Both the position numbers and the translations under genes were made by a program. A stretch of 64,000 bases of DNA from contig JAKIMF020000001.1 in NCBI GenBank assembly GCA_022605425.2, forward strand, positions 930,001 through 994,000, in the 5' to 3' direction. This DNA is from Hamiltosporidium tvaerminnensis FI-OER-3-3. Lineage: Eukaryota; Fungi; Microsporidia. This document shows positions 52,951 to 64,000 of the stretch, piece by piece; positions within the stretch are counted from its first letter, which is position 1, and each line of letters opens with the position of its first letter. Below the pieces are notes generated by a model. The model ran no database searches. It saw only the letters and a list, made by a program, of their open reading frames with translations, and was not told the origin of the DNA.

Positions 52951-53258
52951 GAACCAAGAGTCTAAAAAAATTGATCGACTTCAAAGTATTTTCTTCATAA
53001 TACAGGAAAATAAACAATTTTAATGACTTTACCAATAAAACATATAATCATATATATTAAACAAACAAAAAAAAGAAGTAAAAATATTTCATTATTTAAT
53101 GAATTATTAGCTTCTCATTTTCATTATACAGCATTATATTAATCTACGGTTTTTTTATTTACATTACAATATTTGAAATAATAAATCATAAAATATTTAT
53201 TCTTTATTTAATTTAAAGTTGAAATAGATTTAAATTTTTTTCAATGATGTAAAAACTC

Positions 53259-53328
53259 TATTTTATTTATTTTTTTATTTATCCTCGGCGCTACAGTCCT
53301 GCACGAGCCTTGGCCTCCCTCAATAATG
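53259..53328 (-). mobile_element. extreme 3' end of an RTE LINE with A-rich (TAAA-like) tail
   Basis: Minus strand TTATTGAGGGAGGCCAAGGCTCGTGCAGGACTGTAGCGCCGAGGATAAATAAAAAAATAAATAAAA translates as LLREAKARAGL*. Confidence 0.65.
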
Positions 53329-53395
53329 ATTTAAAAATATTTCAATTAATTTCTATAAAAAAATACCAACATTATTTTTACGCATAAAACCCTTC

Positions 53396-54292
53396 ATGTC
53401 GGAAATAATCAAAACGATAAAATTATTAAAACGTAGTTACAAACAGCCAATAATATTCCACATTTTGCATTCTCATCTTTCTTTTATAATATCAAAAGAT
53501 AAAAGATTTGTTCTTTATGATTATTATGATGATTGGACTAAATTATTGATTTTATCTGCTTCTGATTTAAAATTTTCTGTTTATAATTTAGAAAAGAAAA
53601 TAATTAATTTTCTTGTAGAAAACAGAAACACAAAATATTTTGATGAATTAATTCTATTTAAATTAAAAATAATACTGTATTATAGTTTAAATACTCAACA
53701 AAAATCAACAAATATGTTTATTTTATTTGAATTGATGAATAATTATGTAGATGCATCAGAAGAAACTGATTATTATATATTTTCTTGTGTTTCCAAACAT
53801 GTAATGTGTAATATTTTTGGTATAAAATTATTTAAATTTGTACAAAAAGATGCAATAAATATTTTTTTAGAAAAATGTTTAAAAAATAACTCAAATTTCC
53901 TACTCAAATCCAGAATACTGCCTGCTTATATAGACAGCAATATCATTCCTGTTTCCTTTATCGATTTTAATTCAGATGATTCTTTACTGAATCTTAAGAT
54001 ATTTGAAAGTCTTTGTTTGTATGCCAAATTTACAGCAAATCCGTCAAACTTCAAAGAAATAATACCTTCATCTCCTGAATTCATTGAAATTTTCAGTTTA
54101 TTTATTTCCAAAGAAATTAGCGATCAATCTACGGAAATAAAGGAATATAATTTTAAAGAATATAATTTAAATGAATGCTTACTAAACAATAATTCTTTAA
54201 TTCCATTTTTAAAAAATCTTTACAATAAAACAGAAGATAAAGATAAATTTATTTCTGATTTAAAAGGTTTCATAGATTCTGTTTTATTATAA
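53396..54292 (+). CDS. hypothetical protein (298 aa)
   Basis: Intact ORF with AAAACCCTTCATG start context; no recognised domain. Confidence 0.75.
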   Translation: MSEIIKTIKLLKRSYKQPIIFHILHSHLSFIISKDKRFVLYDYYDDWTKLLILSASDLKFSVYNLEKKIINFLVENRNTKYFDELILFKLKIILYYSLNTQQKSTNMFILFELMNNYVDASEETDYYIFSCVSKHVMCNIFGIKLFKFVQKDAINIFLEKCLKNNSNFLLKSRILPAYIDSNIIPVSFIDFNSDDSLLNLKIFESLCLYAKFTANPSNFKEIIPSSPEFIEIFSLFISKEISDQSTEIKEYNFKEYNLNECLLNNNSLIPFLKNLYNKTEDKDKFISDLKGFIDSVLL

Positions 54293-54399
54293 AAATATTT
54301 TAGTAAATATAAATTGGAAAATTTTTTTATATAAAATTTATTTCGTAGAAGTTAAATATTTTTTATTTAAATAAATAACGAACATATAACACAGTGTTT

Positions 54400-54740
54400 A
54401 AATGGAAGACAATTATTTTTTTGCTAGAATTTAAATTCAAAAAAATATTAAATAAAACTATTTATAAAGAGATGCACAATTATTTTTTTAGAACTTAAAC
54501 TTTAAAATAAAAATAAAAATTAAATCAAATAAATCTAATTAAATAAAGTGAAATTGTTTTTAATGAGAAATATGATTATTTTTTTAGAATTTAAACTTAA
54601 ACTTTAAAATAAAAATCTAAATTAAATCAAATAAATTGAAATTATTTTTAAAGAGATGTATGAGTATTTTCTTAGAACTTAAAATTTAAATAAAAATCCA
54701 AATAAAATATAATTGTTTTAAAAGAATTATTTTTTTTAAA
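54400..54740. repeat. degenerate AT-rich tandem repeat (~5 units)
   Basis: Recurrent ATTATTTTTTTAGAA(C/T)TTAAA..TAAAA core every 60-100 bp. Confidence 0.55.
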
Positions 54741-54819
54741 AATTTTTTACTATCAATTATGGTTTACAATTAATGTAAAAAAGCAATAGATTTTTTAAAA
54801 AATATAACCCATTATTAGT

Positions 54820-56188
54820 ATGCCGGTCAATAAAGGGGCCAAGAAGTGCTCTTACAGATTTTATAGAAGAAAGCGGTATTGATATAAAACAACTAAAAAA
54901 AAGAACCGAACAAAAAGAAACTAATGAGATAAATGAGATTGATAAGTCTGAGAAAGAAGAAATGTCGGGGAATAATAAAATAATTGAAGAAAAAATATGT
55001 AAAAAAGTGGTGGTAAAAAGAAAAAAGATTATAAAAATAGAACAGCCGTATGAAATTTTAAATCTAGAAAGTACAAAAAATCGGATATTTGAGTTACCGA
55101 GTGTTGAATTCATTTATGATTTAATTTTAGAAAAATATTCTTTTTATTTATCAAAAAATAAACTTATGGATTTGAAAATGTTTAAGTTTTTGGTAGAAAA
55201 TTCTAAAGAAAGTTTGGTTGTCTATGATTGTTCAAATATTTTAGATAAAGATTATCTATGGATTTGTAAAAACTATTCTCGGTTGGAATTACATTATTGT
55301 GGCCAATTGACTGAGAAAACACTTAACGATATTCTTATGAAAATGAAAAAATTAGATATTTTGAAAATTACTGGGGCGTTTTTACTTCACGCTTTTAAAA
55401 TTCCTAAAACTATAAAATCATTGGATCTTTCTAATTGTTCAAGGATTAAAGATAGTATTTTTAAAAAAATAAATAAATTACAGAAATTAGAAGAGCTTAG
55501 ACTTTCGTATTGCTATTCTTTAACTGAAAAATGTAGATTAACTGTTTCTGTTAAAAGATTATTTATTTGCCAAACCAAAATATCTCAAATTTTTTTTTCT
55601 TCAACGTCAATCTTACAAAACTTAGAAGTACTTTCGGTAAAAAAATGTCCAAATTTTTTTTCAGTCAAAATTTTAGAGAAAGATGAAGAAAGGGAATCTA
55701 AAGATGATAAATCAATTTCGTTTGTGAATAAATGGGAATATTTCATTGAATATCTCAAAAATATTCAAGTTCTGGATCTAGATGGTATTTCTACTATAAA
55801 ATTTCTTGTTCCGTTACCTTTTTTAATATCTTTGAACATATCAAATTGTTTTTGTATCCAAAATATTATAGAAAGTATTTTGAAGAATAAAAATATAGAA
55901 GAAATAGACTTATCAAGATTGGAAATTGAGGAATTTGAACTCAAACAACTTATTCTACTAAAGAAATTAAGAAAAATAAATTTGTCTTGGATTAGAAGCG
56001 TTAATGATGATATATTAACTTATTTAATAAATAATTTATCAAATATAACACATATTTATGTTTTTGGTTGTTTTAAATTGAGTCCTAAACTTGGTGAACT
56101 TTCATGGGAAATCAAAGAAAAAGTAAAAATAATAGGAAATCCATCAGAAACTGCATTTCTTTTAAATTCATACACAAATTTTGAATAA
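54820..56188 (+). CDS. RAD7: Rad7-like LRR nucleotide-excision-repair protein; probable true start 54820 with a 1-nt frameshift in the first codons
   Basis: Frame of ORF 54962 extends upstream to IKGPRSALTDFIEESGI (Rad7-like N-terminal motif); LVVYDCS, LELHYCGQL, NLSWIRSVND, IYVFGC, IIG C-terminus. Confidence 0.78.
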
Positions 56189-57988
56189 ATTTATTTACTA
56201 TTCTTATAAAGTTTATATTAATTTTGATTGCGATGAAGTATTGTGTTTCAGTCATTTTTTGTGTTTTACTGAATTTTTACTTTCTATTGAGTTTAAATTT
56301 GACTTGTAGTTTATATTTTTACTTCTTTGTTCCATTTTTTTATGTATTAGTAACGTTGGTGAGAAAGAAGCTTAAATTATTTCTGGTATTTTAGTATTAT
56401 CTTAAACTTAATTTTATAATTTTTTGGTATAAAAAGAAATCAGAGTTTATAATTTTAAAAGCTCAAATACTTAATTTGTGTCTCGACGGTTATTTTTCTT
56501 TTTTTTTTTAATTCATTCTACCACAGTTGATAACTCTTTCATTCAATTACAAATTATGTAGCATTTAAACACCATACCTATAAATAAGACTTAATTAAAT
56601 ATTCATTGAACCATAGCCAAGTTTATCTGCCTCAAAAATATATCGAAATATTCACAAAAAAATTTTTCATCTTCAATAAGTCTAATCTAATTTGATTTAT
56701 ATCAAAATAATATATCAGGTCTATTATTCTAAATTTTTATATCAGTTTCTATTTGAGAGTCTATTCTTACTTCCACACACTAAATTTCATTGGTTTATTA
56801 TGACAAAATTATTCTCAATTAGGATTAATGATTTTTTTATTCATTTATAAGGAATTGATCGTAGAATTGGTAGTGAAATTGATCATTAATTTTATGAGAT
56901 TTATTTTACACGCATTTAAAATATTCTTATGTAAACTTCTAGATTATCAGCTGATTATTTATATTGTATAGTTTGATACTTAGTCTCTCGATAAATATTA
57001 GTATATATCTCAGCCATAAATAAATAAAACAAGATATTACTTTGTCATTTATTTCACATTAGTTTGGTTATTTTTTTTAAATCACTTAAGAAATTGGCTT
57101 ACTGAATCAAATATAAATCAATTTTAAACATTTTTAACATTTTTTAAAGTTTTTGATGAACTAAGATTAATTTACCTAATAAAATTTTTTTGCAACCTGT
57201 GATTTAATTACTTATTGAAGATATATATTACAAATTTAGAAATCAGTTTAAATAAAAATCCAATAAACTTATGAAATTGAATTCGAATATCTATCCTCGA
57301 ATTATATTACGAAAAGACTTATAAACCTAAAAACACACCGGTCATTTTAAAATAATAAAGAATGTCTTCTATTAATTATAAAAAATGCAATAAGTTTTGA
57401 CTAAAATTAAATCCTAGTTTTAATTTTTACCTAAACTATGATTTGTTAAACTCTTTCGGTCTTTGATTAACTAGACAATATTATGGTTCTACTATAGTAT
57501 TTAATACCAGTTTAATTTAAAATTTATTTATATATGAATTCTTTTAGGATTAAAATACATTGTTTGATAAACACCCCAACTTATTTGCTTTTCATTAAAT
57601 TCATACAAAATCTTTAGAAATAATATTAAAATGTATTATAACCAAGAATACAGTCATATAATCAAACATACAAAAATCAAAGGGTTTTTTCTATCTTTTT
57701 AAATTTTCTCTTAAATAATAAATTTACCAGAAATAAGAAAAATTCTAATAATAATTTACAATATAGTTATAATTGTCGAATTTTATATTGGCTCTCCTCC
57801 ATTGCTAAATTTTACCTGGTCAATAGTAAAATCCAGCAGATCATCGCATCTGCTAAATCGGATGAGATCGGCAAGATTATTCGTATTTAAAGTTTTTTGG
57901 CGGTAAACGACTGTGATGGCGGGAAAATAATTATTTTAGGATAAATTAAAGAATTCCAAATAAATAATACATCTTTTAATCGAAAACC

Positions 57989-60900
57989 TTTTATTTTATA
58001 AAATTCTGGGTTAAAATGGTTTTACGATCTTTAAGCATTTTCTTTTACTTCTTTAATCACTGTTGTCTCTTCTTCCAAATCCGACTCTTCATTTATGTTT
58101 GTGGTCGGTTCCTCTAACGTAGTTCCACCTTCTGAAATAAGGGGTGTATTATTTTTCGGTTTAAAATTTTTTGCACCATCTCCCTCTCTCTTCGCTTATT
58201 TTAAAGGGGGTGTTGGTTCCTCATGCATCTCTGATCTCATAATAACACCCATTGACGCTCTCTCCCAGCTCTCTTCGGCATTTAGTCCTGACTCAAGTCC
58301 TCTTCGTCGATCAAAGGAAATTGTTTCGACTGTCTTCTTAAGTTATAGACTGAATGTATTCCTCTACATTCATGGGTATTTCTAGTCTTTTGAGATGAGG
58401 TTTATGGTATTTTGTCACAATACCGACCCAGGTCATCACATAAGGGATTATCTCAACACTACACTTATAAATAAGACCCAACTCATTGGCTAACAGGTCA
58501 TACTTCCTAAGTTTTTCAGTTTCAACTATTTGAAGTGAATCTTGGGAAGTGATTCCTACTTCAATGAGTGTTATCTTATTCTTCTTCTTATCTAAAAAAA
58601 ATATGTCCGGTCTGTTATTCCGAATTTTAACATCAGTTTTAATTCTGGTGTCCACTCTTATCTCTGCATACTCATTATCAAGAATTTCTTGAACTGAGTG
58701 GCTCCTTATTCGTTTTGAAGACTTAAACTTATATCTATTTAGAAGGAGAAGGTGTAGGCATCTAACCACTTCATTATGCCGTCTAGTGTAATCATGGCCT
58801 AGCATTTTTTCACATCTAGTTGCTAGATGATCTACAGTCTTACCAGACTTCCCGCAATGTTGACACACACCATCTGCTCCCCAGAATACATTTCTATCCT
58901 GGATATAGCAGAACACAGCTTCATTTCGTGGCCTAATATTTCCTCTCTTTAGCCATCTTGAAGAGTCACTAACACTCACAAGCTCATTTTTCCTTGCATT
59001 ATATAACTTTGAATGGAGTTTTCGTTTTTCTATTTCGTTATATAATTTTGCAAGTTGAGCTTCTTCTAAACTTTTCTTAGTGACTTCTTCTACCAACCTG
59101 TACTTTACTTTTAAGAAGCCTTTTATTAGTGCAAGATGGGATTTATTATTATTCTCCACCTTGAGGATTGCTGCTCGTCTAGTTGATATTTCTTTACTTT
59201 TTTCCAGACAATCCAAGAGTTGCAGAAGCATATGTTCGCTTCGCAACTCAACACTATGTAGGACCTCTTCCAAGTTCTGTTCTAGGAAGGTATACAACCG
59301 CTCTTTACATCCTGGGCGGAGATGTATCTTATTTTTAACCAACACCGCACGCACTGCATCATCTAACTTAGAGAAGTCAGCCGGTTCAAGTCGAAGTACT
59401 CCTATGTGGTAGTTGATTAACGATATCGCATGTTGATTGATTGCACAAAATATTTTTTTTTGCATTTAATCTAGTGTGACAAAGTCTTTCAACTCTTGAT
59501 ATAAGTTTGCTCTGTACTTCTTCAAATGAGCTACGTGTTGGGATTCCTCTGCTATCTTCTATTATTCCTAAATATTTGTAAACACTAACACCTTCTAGAA
59601 GAGTAGCAGTATCTTCACAACACGTATCATTTGTGGCTGACTTCTCTTTGTTAATCTCTAAGCCAATAACCTCTAAAAATTCCTTTGCCTCGCCTGTCAT
59701 AGCACTCAATGTGGAGCTGTCTTTTGCAAGGAGCTTAAGATCATCAATAAACAAGAGATGATTAGTAGAATGGGATTCTGCATCTGTTTGTACTGTCACT
59801 TTTGTGTATTTTTCATTAAGCTTTCGGCTTAATGGATCCATACACAACACAAATAACAAAGGTGACAGACTATCTCCTTGTAGAATCCCTCTATCAATCT
59901 TCTTGCTCATGATTTTTTCAGGCCCTACTGATATATCAATTTTCCATTTTGATATAATTACCTTAATAAATTTCAGGATCCAATCAGGTAAATTAAGGTT
60001 TTCAATGCATTGAGTTAAATAAGCATGATCTATTGAATCATAAGCTTTTTTAGCATCAATCCATGTTGCCTTAAGATTATTTCCATACTCTTTATTTAAG
60101 GCAATATTCAGTAGAGCCTGCTCTTTCGCTCCCTGCACACCCCTTACCGCCCCTAGTTGGTTCTCTGCAAGCAACCCTCGCCTTTCCACTTCAAGTTGAA
60201 CGACTTTCGTTACACACTTTGTCGTTAACTTATAGAGGTTAGACATACAAGTGATTGGCCTGTAGTCAGAGCCTCTTCGTGGAATTCCTTTCGGTATCAA
60301 ATACGTAAGCCCGCAGTAAAACTAATCAGCTTGAGGTGTTCCTTCTAAACATATAACTTTCACAATATCATAAAGATATTTGTGAAGAGTTGTAAGTTTC
60401 TTAATGAAAAAATTGTAAATACCATCAATTCCAGCAGCTTTCCAATTAGGAAGCCAATTAATGATATTTATAAATTCATCAAGTAAAGGATACGTGGTCG
60501 GATGATTATCTGATACAAATGGAATCAAATAATCATCATACGTGACTGTGTCATCATTTTTTTCCCTCATTTTAGACCAAAAACTCACAATTTCATCACG
60601 GCTAACCACATGCACGGATTCCACACGCTCAGATAACCCACGATAAAATCGACCTCGGAAAAGCTCAAACATACGATTCTCTTTTCGGAATTGCTTCCTA
60701 CTTTCATGCATCGTAATTTTTTTCTCGTAAACATTCAAAGACTCATTCTTCTTAACTAAAGCCTCAGAAAAATCAGTTACGCTGCTCAAGTTTAAATTAA
60801 ACTCTCGCATGATTTTCTTAAGGCTCTTCGTTTCCGAAGTGGAGAGCTTTTCCTGCTTACGAGCCTTCTCGAGAAGATCTTTGGAAAGTACTAACTTAGA

Positions 60901-61680
60901 AATTTTACTTTCTATGTTTTCCTTCCAAGCGGATCTAGGCTTCTCTTTACGTGTTGCCTCGTCATAGCATATCTGCGCAGCTTGCATGATATACGCGGCT
61001 TCCGTAATTGACTCAGGTACATGAGCTCCTGCATATTCACCGACTACTCGATTAATGAGATCCAGAACTTTACTATCAACCAATTCATTTGGATGTTTTC
61101 TAGTTCGGACCACAACTTTTCCAATTTCGTTCTCAGAGATTTCTTTGATTTTACTCAAAAATTTATCTCTCAAGTTTATGTACTCCGTGGTGTCAGTCAG
61201 GGTGCATGACTCAGTGAGACAAGTGGCGATTCTACGTCGCTCTCCATTCTCTTCTTGCCTTATTTCCCTTTCTGCCTCATTTCGTGCGAGTTTTTTAAAC
61301 GCATCGATATCTAGTGTGCAGCTAAACTTCTCATTATAGTACCTCAGAGTAGCGGGCCAGCCATTTCTGGGCATTCTCTCAAACCTTTTTTGCACTGCTA
61401 GAATAGCAGATATAGGCCATTCCTGCTTTACGACTGTGACAGAGTCAAGTATTGAGTGCAATACCATCAGTCGATTCCCTTCTAGAATGGCATCTGTATT
61501 GAGGTTTGTCATGCCGTTGGCTGGTCCAAACGCAGTGGCATCGGTACCAGAAGACGAGGGTATGGTGTCAACCAAGCAGACTGGACTAGTCTGGCAACTA
61601 CTGCTTGGTGGTTGGTGGGTGGTGTTATGGAAGTCGGTTGAAGTGGTAGTCTCTCGTATAGCATTGCTACATCTACATCA
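57989..61680 (-). mobile_element. near full-length RLE-type non-LTR retrotransposon (R4/Dong-like), inactivated
   Basis: NWKAAGIDGI, YRPITC, WIDAKKAYDSI, GILQGDSLSPLLF, HLLFIDDLKL, YKYLG, CCHC, RHN, PD-(D/E)xK; in-frame TAG at 60322-60324 (likely TGG), frameshift in the T-run at ~59453-59461; 5' boundary uncertain. Confidence 0.93.
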
Positions 61681-62046
61681 CATATTAAAATCTCTCCTGC
61701 GCTGTTCACCAAGTTGTTTACAGCCTTTATTTTTTCATTTCTTATATTTTCGCTGTCTACTTTTTCCTTCTACCTATTTTTCCTTTGTACAAATATTCTT
61801 ATAATCTTTTGTTATTTTACATCATAATTTTTATTCTTTTTTTTTTTACTTTTTTTAATAAAATCTTTTTGCCCTTAGTTATTTCCCAAATTATTTTTAT
61901 TCCTTTTTTTCATCTTTTTTATTTTTTATTCTTTTTTTATTAAAAACTCTTTGGCCTTAGTTATTTCTTTTTTATTTTCATCCTTTTTATTTCTTTTTCA
62001 ATTGTTTTCTTGTAAAAATATTTAACAAAATTTTTTAACCCCTTTC

Positions 62047-62247
62047 ATGACAGTTGAAATGAGATTATGTTCTTTTACAGGAAGACCAATAGCATATAAT
62101 GACCGTTCAAGTGTTCAAATAACATTAGCAGAATTAGACAGTGAGGGAAAAGCAACTGGAAACACTATTTTTTATGATTGTTGTGGTTCAGTACGAAGGG
62201 CAGGTATAATTGACGAGTTACTTTTTAAAAAAGTGGAAGAGGAATAA
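62047..62247 (+). CDS. RPS21: 40S ribosomal protein S21 (eS21), N-terminally short
   Basis: RLCSFTGRPI..DRSSVQI..LDSEG..CGSVRRAG; CCCC before ATG; AATAAA at stop. Confidence 0.9.
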   Translation: MTVEMRLCSFTGRPIAYNDRSSVQITLAELDSEGKATGNTIFYDCCGSVRRAGIIDELLFKKVEEE

Positions 62248-62301
62248 ATTTTTTATTTATTTTTTATTTTTATGCATTTTTTTTTTCTTTAATCCTTATT
62301 T

Positions 62302-63075
62302 ATGACAGAATTAGAGTGTCCATTGTGTAAAAGTGATTCTTATTTAAATCCAAATATTAAAATATATGTAGGTCCGTGTTATCATAAGATGTGTGAGACA
62401 TGCTTAACAAGAATATTTGTACATGGACAGGCACCTTGTCCGGAGTGTGGTATTTTATTAAGGAAAGTAAATTTTATGTATCAAACATTTGAAGATATTG
62501 AAGTAGAACGAGAATGTAAAATAAGAAAAATGTTGCGTAGAGAATTTTATAGAAGAGAAGAAGATTTTAAGAATGAAATGGAATATAATGATTATTTAGA
62601 AGAATTTGAAAATGTTGTAATGGAATTGATGGAATATAAAAACGAGCAAGAAATTAGTAAAAGAATTGAAGAATTTAGATCTTTATATGGAGAAATATCA
62701 CGAATAAATTCTGAAAAAGAAAAAAGTGAAATAATTTATGAAGAAGAAATACCAATTATTTTAGAAGAAAGTGATGAAAAATCTAATAAAAAACAGAAAA
62801 TTATTGATTTTCAAGATGAAATTGTAAAGAGTGACAAACCGTGTGAACAGATTCTTAAAAATGTCATGAAAATTTCTACTAAAAAATATAGAAATTTAGA
62901 AAATGAAATTATCACACATTTCGATCCCTTGGAGGGAATAGAAACTCTTGTTTCTTCTTTGAATAAAAAATGTGAGATTCCTACAGAATTTAAGGTGAAA
63001 TACAACGGAAGTGGGTTTTCATACAATTTAATTATTTTTAAATCTTTGAATTCTTTGTACAATGAAAATATATAA
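62302..63075 (+). CDS. TFB3: CDK-activating kinase assembly factor MAT1/Tfb3 (TFIIH)
   Basis: RING CPLCKSDSYLNP..CYHKMCETC..CPEC, FEDIEVERECKIRK, YNDYLEEFE. Confidence 0.93.
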   Translation: MTELECPLCKSDSYLNPNIKIYVGPCYHKMCETCLTRIFVHGQAPCPECGILLRKVNFMYQTFEDIEVERECKIRKMLRREFYRREEDFKNEMEYNDYLEEFENVVMELMEYKNEQEISKRIEEFRSLYGEISRINSEKEKSEIIYEEEIPIILEESDEKSNKKQKIIDFQDEIVKSDKPCEQILKNVMKISTKKYRNLENEIITHFDPLEGIETLVSSLNKKCEIPTEFKVKYNGSGFSYNLIIFKSLNSLYNENI

Positions 63076-63470
63076 ATAAATCTTCTTATTTCTAAAATTT
63101 ATTTTTAAATTTTTCAATCTCTGATTATGTAAAATAAAAATATTCAAATTACATTCTTATTTCTAAAAATATTTTCAATCTTTTCAAATCTCTAATTTCT
63201 GTGTAAATAAAAATATTTGAGACATTCTTAGTTCTAAAAATTATTAAATCTTTTTCAATTCCTGAATTTTTTACTTTGAAAATATTTAAAGACATTCTTA
63301 CTTCTAAAAATTATTAAGTCTTTTTCAATTTTTTTAGATCTCCAATTTTCGTTAAAATATAAATATTTAAATTGGTATTCTTACTTCTAAAATCTTTTCA
63401 AATCTCCTTTTTCTGTTAAAATAAAAATATTTAAAGACATTCTTACTTCTAAAATTTTTTAAATTTTTTT
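63075..63470. repeat. degenerate ~65-80-bp tandem repeat, ~6 units
   Basis: Core ATTCTTA(C/T/G)TTCTAAAA at ~63084, 63154, 63224, 63294, 63377, 63440. Confidence 0.7.
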
Positions 63471-63510
63471 TAAACAAATTTATGTTCAAAAATCCAACCG
63501 CTGTTCAAAA

Positions 63511-64000
63511 ATGCTTTTCAAAAGATACAAAAAAAGATTACAAAACAAAAAAGAAGAACCAAAACTACAAAAAATAAAAAATCCAATACAAACAGCAAAT
63601 TTTACAAAGATACAAAGAATTCAACATCTTCTCTCTTCAAACTCAAATGATATGAAAAATATTGCATTTAATTCTATTCTTTTACTTCCAGAAGATTATT
63701 TTAAAACATATTTAGTTATTCTTACACCACAAATTCTTATGAACACCGTTGTTCTTACACAATCACGCTCCAATCTTTCAAATTTTCTTGTTTTTAAAAA
63801 ACTTGTCACTAAAATAGTTAATTCTTCTTTGTTTCCGTCTGTTCATGAAAAATTTTCTAATTATATTAAAATTCTGCCATTTCAACAATCTAAAGTGTTA
63901 GAAGATATTTATCAAAGTAGAAAAAATTATTCTCTCAAAATCTCTCCTATAAACTTCAATGCAAGAATATTTTTAAAAAATAAAAATCTTTTAAAAATTA
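63511..64000 (+). CDS. hypothetical protein, 5' part (runs off the window)
   Basis: Open frame from ATG 63511 (MLFKRYKKRLQNKKEEPKLQ...) with no stop to the window end; absent from the ORF track. Confidence 0.65.
   Translation, partial: MLFKRYKKRLQNKKEEPKLQKIKNPIQTANFTKIQRIQHLLSSNSNDMKNIAFNSILLLPEDYFKTYLVILTPQILMNTVVLTQSRSNLSNFLVFKKLVTKIVNSSLFPSVHEKFSNYIKILPFQQSKVLEDIYQSRKNYSLKISPINFNARIFLKNKNLLKI

Noticed and set aside
61680-62040. 5' TSD or ribozyme for the near full-length LINE
   Set aside because: No repeat of the 3' flank found and no ribozyme-like structure; 5' boundary unresolved

Overview
AT-rich, gene-sparse eukaryotic DNA with microsporidian hallmarks: intron-less compact housekeeping genes, CCC/GGG triplets just upstream of the ATG, AATAAA at or next to the stop codon, and short eS21 and Cet1-like proteins. 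The low gene density and heavy TE load suggest a large-genome species such as Hamiltosporidium (inference). Recognisable genes: RPL23, an Enhancer-of-zeste (PRC2) SET protein, an M16B MPP-beta-like peptidase, MSH6, RPC25, a Cet1-type RNA triphosphatase, a Rad7-like LRR protein, RPS21 and MAT1/Tfb3, plus lineage-specific secreted and LRR-like proteins. Mobile DNA: at least 7 copies or relics of an RLE-type (R4/Dong-like) non-LTR retrotransposon and 4 relics of an RTE-type LINE and its short derivatives. The most unusual feature is a ~728-nt non-coding element present as three full-length, TSD-flanked copies. It shows signs of a globally folded RNA (candidate 5' pseudoknot, C(UUCG)G hairpin, long-range helices, paired ends) and looks like a structured-RNA SINE mobilised by the resident RLE LINE. 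Several host genes carry single-base frameshifts, which are probably assembly errors.
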